This document shows, piece by piece, positions 53,001 to 62,648 of a DNA stretch of 64,000 bases; position 1 is the stretch's first letter; each line of letters starts with the position of its first letter. The translations under genes and the position numbers were made by a program. A model generated the notes under the pieces. The model ran no database searches and was not told where the DNA came from. It worked only from the letters and a program-made list of their open reading frames with translations. The stretch is taken from the NCBI RefSeq assembly GCF_964204645.1, contig NW_027437452.1, forward strand, positions 1 to 64,000. The letters run 5' to 3'. The stretch comes from Tubulanus polymorphus. Its lineage: Eukaryota > Animalia > Nemertea.

Positions 53001-56000
53001 TGTCGTTTTTTCGATAGGGGGAATATTTGATACGAAATCGTCTTTTCTCGCGCTGAACGACGTTTTCGCGTCGAAAAGTGCTTTTCCTGACGATTTGAGC
53101 GCTTTTACGCATCGACATTGTCGTTTTTCCGATAGGGGGAATATTTGATACGAAAACGTCTTTTCTCGCGCTGTACGACGTTTTTGCGTCGAAAAGTGCT
53201 TTTCCTGACGATTTGAGCGCTTTTACGCATCGACATTGTCGTTTTTTCGATAGGGGGAATATTTGATACGAAAACGTCTTTTCTCGCGCTGAACGACGTT
53301 TTCGCGTCGAAAAGTGCTTTTCCTGACGATTTGAGCGCTTTTACGCATCGACATTGTCGTTTTTCCGATAGGGGGAATATTTGATACGAAAACGTCTTTT
53401 CTCGCGCTGTACGACGTTTTTGCGTCGAAAAGTGCTTTTCCTGACGATTTGAGCGCTTTTACGCATCGACATTGTCGTTTTCCGGATAGGGGGAATATTT
53501 GATACGAAAACGTCTTTTCTCGCGCTGAACGACGTTTTCGGTCCGAAAAGTGCTTTTCCTGACGATTTGAGCGCTTTTACGCAACGACATTGTCGTTTTC
53601 CCGATAGGGGGAATATTTGATACGAAAACGTCTTTTCTCGCGCTGAACGACGTTTTTGCGTCGAAAAGTGCTTTTCCTGACGATTTGAGCGCTTTTACGC
53701 ATCGACATTGTCGTTTTCCCGATAGGGGGAATATTTGATACGAAAACGTCTTTTCTCGCGCTGAACGACGTTTACGGGTCGAAAAGTGCTTTTCCTGACG
53801 ATTTGAGCGCTTTTACGCATCGACATTGTCGTTTTTCCGATAGGGGGAATATTTGATACGAAAACGTCTCTTCTCGCGCTGAACGACGTTTTCGGGTCGA
53901 AAAGTGCTTTTCCTGACGATTTGAGCGCTTTTACGCATCGACATTGTCGTTTTTTCGATAGGGGGAATATTTGATACGAAAACGTCTTTTCTCGCGCTGA
54001 ACGACGTTTTCGCGTCGAAAAGTGCTTTACCTGACGATTTGAGCGCTTTTACGCATCGACATTGTCGTTTTTCCGATAGGGGGAATATTTGATACGAAAA
54101 CGTCTTTTCTCGCGCTGTACGACGTTTTTGCGTCGAAAAGTGCTTTTCCTGACGATTTGAGCGCTTTTACGCATCGACATTGTCGTTTTCCCGATAGGGG
54201 GAATATTTGATACGAAAACTTCTTTTCTCGCGCTGAACGACGTTTTCGGGTCGAAAAGTGCTTTTCCTGACGATTTGAGCGCTTTTACGCATCGACATTG
54301 TCGTTTTTCCGATAGGGGGAATATTTGATACGAAAACGTATTTTCTCGCGCTGTACGAAGTTTTCGCGTCGAAAAGTGCTTTTCCTGACGATTTGAGCGC
54401 TTTTACGCATCGACATTGTCGTTTTTCCGATCGGGGGAATATTTGATACGAAAACGTCTTTTCTCGCGCTGTACGACGTTTTCGCGTCGAAAAGTGTTTT
54501 TCCTGACGATTTGAGCGCTTTTACGCATCGACATTGTCGTTTTCCCGATAGGGGGAATATTTGATACGAAAACGTCTCTTCTCGCGCTGAACGACGTTTT
54601 CGGGTCGAAAAGTCCTTTTCCTGACGATTTGAGCGCTTTTACGCATCGACATTGTCGTTTTTTCGTTAGGGGGAATATTTGATACGAAAACGTCTTTTCT
54701 CGCGCTGAACGACGTTTTCGCGTCGAAAAGTGCTTTTCCTGACGATTTGAGCGCTTTTACGCATCGACATTGTCGTTTTTCCGATAGGGGGAATATTTGA
54801 TACGAAAACGTATTTTCTCGCGCTGTACGACGTTTTCGCGTCGAAAAGTGCTTTTCCTGACGATTTGAGCGCTTTTACGCATCGACACTGTCGTTTTCCC
54901 GATAGGGGGAATATTTGATACGAAAACGTCTTTTCTCGCGCTGAACGACGTTTTCGGGTCGAAAAGTGCTTTTCCTGACGATTTGAGCGCTTTTACGCAT
55001 CGACATTGTCGTTTTTCCGATAGGGGGAATATTTAATACGAAAACGTCTTTTCTCGCGCTGAACGACGTTTTCGGGTCGAAAAGTGCTTTTCCTGACGAT
55101 TTGAGCGCTTTTACGCATCGACATTGTCGTTTTTTCGATAGGGGGAATATTTGATACGAAAACGTCTTTTCTCGCGCTGAACGACGTTTTCGGGTCGAAA
55201 AGTGCTTTTCCTGACGATTTGAGCGCTTTTACGCATCGACATTGTCGTTTTTCCGATAGGGGGAATATTTGATACGAAAACGTCTTTTCTCGCGCTGAAC
55301 GACGTTTTCGGGTCGAAAAGTGCTTTTCCTGACGATTTGAGCGCTTTTACGCATCGACATTGTCGTTTTTCCGATAGGGGGAATATTTGATACGAAAACG
55401 TCTTTTCTCGCGCTGAACGACGTTTTCGGGTCGAAAAGTGCTTTTCCTGACGATTTGAGCGCTTTTACGCATCGACATTGTCGTTTTTCCGATAGGGGGA
55501 ATATTTGATACGAAAACGTATTTTCTCGCGCTGTACGACGTTTTCGCGTCGAAAAGTGCTTTTCCTGACGATTTGAGCGCTTTTACGCATCGACATTGTC
55601 GTTTTCCGGATAGGGGGAATATTTGATACGAAAACGTCTTTTCTCGCGCTGAACGACGTTTTCGGTCCGAAAAGTGCTTTTCCTGACGATTTGAGCGCTT
55701 TTACGCAACGACATTGTCGTTTTCCCGATAGGGGGAATATTTGATACGAAAACGTCTTTTCTCGCGCTGAACGACGTTTTTGCGTCGAAAAGTGCTTTTC
55801 CTGACGATTTGAGCGCTTTTACGCATCGACATTGTCGTTTTCCCGATAGGGGGAATATTTGATACGAAAACGTCTTTTCTCGCGCTGAACGACGTTTACG
55901 GGTCGAAAAGTGCTTTTCCTGACGATTTGAGCGCTTTTACGCATCGACATTGTCGTTTTTTCGATAGGGGGAATATTTGATACGAAAACGTCTTTTCTCG

Positions 56001-59000
56001 CGCTGAACGACGTTTTCGGTCCGAAAAGTGCTTTTCCTGACCATTTGAGCGCTTTTACGCATCGACATTGTCGTTTTCCCGATAGGGGGAATATTTGATA
56101 CGAAAACGTCTTTTCTCGCGCTGAACGACGTTTTCGGGTCGAAAAGTGCTTTTCCTGACGATTTGAGCGCTTTTATGCATCGACATTGTCGTTTTTCCGA
56201 TAGGGGGAATATTTGATACGAAAACGTCTTTTCTCGCGCTGAACGACGTTTTCGGGTCGAAAAGTGCTTTTCCTGACGATTTGAGCGCTTTTATGCATCG
56301 ACATTGTCGTTTTTTCGATAGGGGGAATATTTGATACGAAAACGTCTTTTCTCGCGCTGAACGACGTTTTCGCGTCGAAAAGTGCTTTTCCTGACGATTT
56401 GAGCGCTTTTACGCATCGACATTGTCGTTTTTCCGATAGGGGGAATATTTGATACGAAAACGTCTTTTCTCGCGCTGTACGACGTTTTTGCGTCGAAAAG
56501 TGCTTTTCCTGACGATTTGAGCGCTTTTACGCATCGACATTGTCGTTTTCCCGATAGGGGGAATATTTGATACGAAAACGTCTTTTCTCGCGCTGAACGA
56601 CGTTTTCGGGTCGAAAAGTGCTTTTCCTGACGATTTGAGCGCTTTTACGCATCGACATTGTCGTTTTTCCGATAGGGGGAATATTTGATACGAAAACGTC
56701 TTTTCTCGCGCTGAACGACGTTTTCGGGTCGAAAAGTGCTTTTCCTGACGATTTGAGCGCTTTTACGCATCGACATTGTCGTTTTTTCGATAGGGGGAAT
56801 ATTTGATACGAAAACGTCTTTTCTCGCGCTGAACGACGTTTTCGCGTCGAAAAGTGCTTTTCCTGACGATTTGAGCGCTTTTACGCATCGACATTGTCGT
56901 TTTTCCGATAGGGGGAATATTTGATACGAAAACGTCTTTTCTCGCGCTGTACGACGTTTTTGCGTCGAAAAGTGCTTTTCCTGACGATTTGAGCGCTTTT
57001 ACGCATCGACATTGTCGTTTTCCCGATAGGGGGAATATTTGATACGAAAACGTCTTTTCTCGCGCTGAACGACGTTTTCGGGTCGAAAAGTGCTTTTCCT
57101 GACGATTTGAGCGCTTTTACGCATCGACATTGTCGTTTTTCCGATAGGGGGAATATTTGATACGAAAACGTCTTTTCTCGCGCTGAACGACGTTTTCGGG
57201 TCGAAAAGTGCTTTTCCTGACGATTTGAGCGCTTTTACGCATCGACATTGTCGTTTTTTCGATAGGGGGAATATTTGATACGAAAACGTCTTTTCTCGCG
57301 CTGAACGACGTTTTCGCGTCGAAAAGTGCTTTTCCTGACGATTTGAGCGCTTTTACGCATCGACATTGTCGTTTTTCCGATAGGGGGAATATTTGATACG
57401 AAAACGTCTTTTCTCGCGCTGTACGACGTTTTTGCGTCGAAAAGTGCTTTTCCTGACGATTTGAGCGCTTTTACGCATCGACATTGTCGTTTTCCCGATA
57501 GGGGGAATATTTGATACGAAAACTTCTTTTCTCGCGCTGAACGACGTTTTCGGGTCGAAAAGTGCTTTTTCTGACGATTTGAGCGCTTTTACGCATCGAC
57601 ATTGTCGTTTTTCCGATAGGGGGAATATTTGATACGAAAACGTCTTTTCTCGCGCTGAACGACGTTTTCGGGTCGAAAAGTGCTTTTCCTGACGATTTGA
57701 GCGCTTTTACGCATCGACATTGTCGTTTTCCCGATAGGGTGAATATTTGATACGAAAACGTCTTTTCTCGCGCTGAACGACGTTTTCGGGTCGAAAAGTG
57801 CTTTTCCTGACGATTTGAGCGCTTTTACGCATCGACATTGTCGTTTTTTCGATAGGGGGAATATTTGATACGAAAACGTCTTTTCTCGCGCTGAACGACG
57901 TTTTCGCGTCGAAAAGTGCTTTTCCTGACGATTTGAGCGCTTTTACGCATCGACATTGTCGTTTTTCCGATAGGGGGAATATTTGATACGAAAACGTCTT
58001 TTCTCGCGCTGTACGACGTTTTTGCGTCGAAAAGTGCTTTTCCTGACGATTTGAGCGCTTTTACGCATCGACATTGTCGTTTTCCCGATAGGGGGAATAT
58101 TTGATACGAAAACGTCTTTTCTCGCGCTGAACGACGTTTTCGGTCCGAAAAGTGCTTTTCCTGACGATTTGAGCGCTTTTACGCATCGACATTGTCGTTT
58201 TCCCGATAGGGGGAATATTTGATACGAAAACGTCTTTTCTCGCGCTGAACGACGTTTTTGGGTCGAAAAGTGCTTTTCCTGACGATTTGAGCGCTTTTAC
58301 GCATCGACATTGTCGTTTTTTCGATAGGGGGAATATTTGATACGAAAACGTCTTTTCTCGCGCTGAACGACGTTTTCGCGTCGAAAAGTGCTTTTCCTGA
58401 CGATTTGAGCGCTTTTACGCATCGACATTGTCGTTTTTCCGATAGGGGGAATATTTGATACGAAAACGTCTTTTCTCGCGCTGTACGACGTTTTTGCGTC
58501 GAAAAGTGCTTTTCCTGACGATTTGAGCGCTTTTACGCATCGACATTGTCGTTTTCCCGATAGGGGGAATATTTGATACGAAAACGTCTTTTCTCGCGCT
58601 GAACGACGTTTACGGGTCGAAAAGTGCTTTTCCTGACGATTTGAGCGCTTTTACGCATCGACATTGTCGTTTTCCCGATAGGGGGAATATTTGATACGAA
58701 AACGTCTTTTCTCGCGCTGAACGACGTTTTCGGGTCGAAAAGTGCTTTTCCTGACGATTTGAGCGCTTTTACGCATCGACATTGTCGTTTTTCCGATAGG
58801 GGGAATATTTGATACGAAAACGTCTTTTCTCGCGCTGAACGACGTTTTCGGGTCGAAAAGTGCTTTTCCTGACGATTTGAGCGCTTTTACGCATCGACAT
58901 TGTCGTTTTTTCGATAGGGGGAATATTTGATACGAAAACGTCTTTTCTCGCGCTGAACGACGTTTTCGGGTCGAAAAGTGCTTTTCCTGACGATTTGAGC

Positions 59001-60637
59001 GCTTTTACGCATCGACATTGTCGTTTTTTCGATAGGGGGAATATTTGATACGAAAACGTCTTTTCTCGCGCTGAACGACGTTTTCGGGTCGAAAAGTGCT
59101 TTTCCTGACGATTTGAGCGCTTTTACGCATCGACATTGTCGTTTTCCCGATAGGGGGAATATTTGATACGAAAACGTCTTTTCTCGCGCTGAACGACGTT
59201 TTCGGGTCGAAAAGTGCTTTTCCTGACGATTTGAGCGCTTTTACGCATCGACATTGTCGTTTTTTCGATAGGGGGAATATGTGATACGAAAACGTCTTTT
59301 CTCGCGCTGAACGACGTTTTCGCGTCGAAAAGTGCTTTTCCTGACGATTTGAGCGCTTTTACGCATCGACATTGTCGTTTTTCCGATAGGGGGAATATTT
59401 GATACGAAAACGTCTTTTCTCGCGCTGTACGACGTTTTTGCGTCGAAAAGTGCTTTTCCTGACGATTTGAGCGCTTTTACGCATCGACATTGTCGTTTTC
59501 CCGATAGGGGGAATATTTGATACGAAAACGTCTTTTCTCGCGCTGAACGACGTTTTCGGTCCGAAAAGTGCTTTTCCTGACGATTTGAGCGCTTTTACGC
59601 ATCGACATTGTCGTTTTCCCGATAGGGGGAATATTTGATACGAAAACGTCTTTTCTCGCGCTGAACGACGTTTTTGGGTCGAAAAGTGCTTTTCCTGACG
59701 ATTTGAGCGCTTTTACGCATCGACATTGTCGTTTTTTCGATAGGGGGAATATTTGATACGAAAACGTCTTTTCTCGCGCTGAACGACGTTTTCGCGTCGA
59801 AAAGTGCTTTTCCTGACGATTTGAGCGCTTTTACGCATCGACATTGTCGTTTTTCCGATAGGGGGAATATTTGATACGAAAACGTCTTTTCTCGCGCTGT
59901 ACGACGTTTTTGCGTCGAAAAGTGCTTTTCCTGACGATTTGAGCGCTTTTACGCATCGACATTGTCGTTTTCCCGATAGGGGGAATATTTGATACGAAAA
60001 CGTCTTTTCTCGCGCTGAACGACGTTTTCGGGTCGAAAAGTGCTTTTCCTGACGATTTGAGCGCTTTTACGCATCGACATTGTCGTTTTTCCGATAGGGG
60101 GAATATTTGATACGAAAACGTCTTTTCTCGCGCTGAACGACGTTTTCGGGTCGAAAAGTGCTTTTCCTGACGATTTGAGCGCTTTTACGCATCGACATTG
60201 TCGTTTTTTCGATAGGGGGAATATTTGATACGAAAACGTCTTTTCTCGCGCTGAACGACGTTTTCGCGTCGAAAAGTGCTTTTCCTGACGATTTGAGCGC
60301 TTTTACGCATCGACATTGTCGTTTTTCCGATAGGGGGAATATTTGATACGAAAACGTCTTTTCTCGCGCTGTACGACGTTTTTGCGTCGAAAAGTGCTTT
60401 TCCTGACGATTTGAGCGCTTTTACGCATCGACATTGTCGTTTTCCCGATAGGGGGAATATTTGATACGAAAACTTCTTTTCTCGCGCTGAACGACGTTTT
60501 CGGGTCGAAAAGTGCTTTTCCTGACGATTTGAGCGCTTTTACGCATCGACATTGTCGTTTTTCCGATAGGGGGAATATTTGATACGAAAACGTCTTTTCT
60601 CGCGCTGAACGACGTTTTCGGGTCGAAAAGTGCTTTT
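41042..60637. repeat. Satellite DNA subfamily B (~166 monomers of 118 bp, highly homogeneous)
   Basis: Consensus GAATATTTGATACGAAAACGTCTTTTCTCGCGCTGAACGACGTTTTCGGGTCGAAAAGTGCTTTTCCTGACGATTTGAGCGCTTTTACGCATCGACATTGTCGTTTTTCCGATAGGGG; colinear with A, about 11 diagnostic substitutions, no 128-bp form seen. Confidence 0.98.
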
Positions 60638-61018
60638 TGCAACAGAAAATAAGTCGGAACAAATTGTTAGATGGAAAAGGCCAAGCGCCCCAGCTGCTTG
60701 ACGTTTATTTGAAAAATTATACCAAAACACGTGACAACCTAATTTGCTGTCACGTACAAAATTACAATATCATCAATCTAACAAAGAAATACAAAGTCAT
60801 ACAAAACTAACTAGGTCAACCGCCCCAGCTGGATTGACCTAGTTTCTGATTTAAACAATTATCGGAAAAAATACTACGCGGTCAAACGCCCCTGCTGTTT
60901 GACCTATTTATGAATACAAGTAACTACACCACTATTACTAAGAAGTCAAACGCCCCAGCTGTTTGACCTAGTTCGGAGTAAAAAGTCCTCGATTAATCGT
61001 AAGTGGGCTATAAAAATG
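60634..61018 (-). repeat. Terminal direct repeat B2 (385 bp)
   Basis: Identical by eye to 61274-61658 (offset 640); minus-strand AATAAA at 60704-60709. Confidence 0.95.
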
Positions 61019-61273
61019 GGCTAGAAAAGATTAATCGTAAGAGGGCTAACAAATGCCGTAGGCGCAGGTAGGGGATGGAGGGTGGTAAAATGTTAAACTT
61101 TACGCCTGAGTTCCGGAACTGAAAAGGACGTGTTTACTTCGCGTTGATTGGCTGGTTGGCTAATAGCACGAGGGCGGCGCCACCGGCTGGTGCTATGTTG
61201 CCCGCCGGGAGAAGAACTTCATTTTCTGTCGCAAAAATGCTGATGGGCAACTGGTCATTCGCACATCTTTTGT
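61019..61273 (-). repeat. Putative repeat A2 (255 bp), expected to recur at the element's 5' end
   Basis: Unique segment between the two B copies; the role is inferred from the A1-ORFs-B1-A2-B2 architecture and the partner copy is not in the window. Confidence 0.65.
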
Positions 61274-61658
61274 TTTTTGCAACAGAAAATAAGTCGGAAC
61301 AAATTGTTAGATGGAAAAGGCCAAGCGCCCCAGCTGCTTGACGTTTATTTGAAAAATTATACCAAAACACGTGACAACCTAATTTGCTGTCACGTACAAA
61401 ATTACAATATCATCAATCTAACAAAGAAATACAAAGTCATACAAAACTAACTAGGTCAACCGCCCCAGCTGGATTGACCTAGTTTCTGATTTAAACAATT
61501 ATCGGAAAAAATACTACGCGGTCAAACGCCCCTGCTGTTTGACCTATTTATGAATACAAGTAACTACACCACTATTACTAAGAAGTCAAACGCCCCAGCT
61601 GTTTGACCTAGTTCGGAGTAAAAAGTCCTCGATTAATCGTAAGTGGGCTATAAAAATG
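61274..61658 (-). repeat. Direct repeat B1 (385 bp)
   Basis: Begins 36 nt after the YR stop codon; identical to 60634-61018. Confidence 0.95.
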
Positions 61659-61694
61659 CCACAAAGCCACCCACCTGTGGCTGAGCCCACACGA

Positions 61695-62648
61695 TCACCT
61701 CGCAATCCTTATGTATTTACGGAAGGCCTCGGAATTCCACCGGCCTGCCGCCCTAATCTGTGCGTCGGGGACTCCCCTCGATGCTGCATCGGTTGCAGCG
61801 CCGATGCGGAAGGAGTGACCCTTGAACGCCCTAGGTGACAGTTTACACCATTCCAGCAGGCACACGAGGCGACGGTCGAATGCTCGCCTTAACCACGGAG
61901 CTCCACTGCAGTCTATAAAAAGCGGGCCTGGACGCGGGCCTCGGCGCTGTAAATAAGTGGTGATAGTCGATCGGGCATCGGTAACCCTGGTCGAAAGGGA
62001 GGAAAAATCAACCTGTATGACCTGAGGGCCAACGCGTGCGCTGTGCTTAAACTTCTTTAGGACTATTTGGAGACCAAAGGCGGTGAGTGCCACGTCTTCG
62101 AGCTGTACTACACTCTGCGTTAGGGCGAGTGTCCTCGGTAAGAGCTCCCCTAGGCGGAAATAACCACAAAACGCGATGGTCATAACCGATTTCACTAAAA
62201 GGCGGTTGTAGGACAGACTTTCCGTCACAGCAAGACAGTCAAATAAACGGGCCAAAACATCTGCGGTAATTGGGAGACGAACGTCGAAACTCCGCGATAG
62301 ATTTCTCGCGCCTGCTAACATTTTCTGAATGATAAATGATCGACAAGGGTCGGCTTCCCCTTTTATCTTGTGAAAATATGAAATTGCCGACAATGTCGAC
62401 GCAGTAGCTGCGGCCGACAAACCCTTTTCGTGCAAATGTGCGACGAACAAGACGATGGAATATTCTGAAAGTGGGACCAAAATTGTGATGCCCAACTGCT
62501 GGCCAAACGCGACTAGCTTACCCCAAGACCGATCATAGGCCTTCGCGGTTTCCGTCGTCAAAGCCGCTGCTAACAGGGCGTCTATAGTAGGTTTATATTT
62601 GCTGGCAGCCAAGACTGGGGAACCGGCGTAGGTTGAGGGTCGGCCCAT
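61695..62648 (-). CDS. Tyrosine recombinase (phage-integrase family) of the YR retrotransposon
   Basis: 317-aa ORF with the catalytic set FRLGEL (R), HSFRIGAAT (H-x-x-R) and GRWNSEAFRKY (W, Y); N-terminal core-binding region with LSAISYFHK; overlaps the RT-RNase H ORF by 67 nt. Confidence 0.95.
   Translation of the reverse strand: MGRPSTYAGSPVLAASKYKPTIDALLAAALTTETAKAYDRSWGKLVAFGQQLGITILVPLSEYSIVLFVAHLHEKGLSAAATASTLSAISYFHKIKGEADPCRSFIIQKMLAGARNLSRSFDVRLPITADVLARLFDCLAVTESLSYNRLLVKSVMTIAFCGYFRLGELLPRTLALTQSVVQLEDVALTAFGLQIVLKKFKHSARVGPQVIQVDFSSLSTRVTDARSTITTYLQRRGPRPGPLFIDCSGAPWLRRAFDRRLVCLLEWCKLSPRAFKGHSFRIGAATDAASRGVPDAQIRAAGRWNSEAFRKYIRIAR

Noticed and set aside
1-60637. CENP-B box in the satellite
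   Set aside because: TTCG and CGGG occur (TTCGATACGGG) but 3 nt apart rather than the 7 nt of the NTTCGNNNNANNCGGGN consensus; no match seen on either strand.
122-60662. Hundreds of 60-524 aa ORFs in the satellite (e.g. 11994-13568)
   Set aside because: They are translations of the tandem monomer; frames change with monomer length and homopolymer indels, and there are no recognisable domains.
60676-61612. CRISPR array interpretation of the hairpin-spacer pattern
   Set aside because: Only four degenerate units per copy, inside a eukaryotic retrotransposon terminal repeat, with no cas genes or leader; kept as a structural finding instead.
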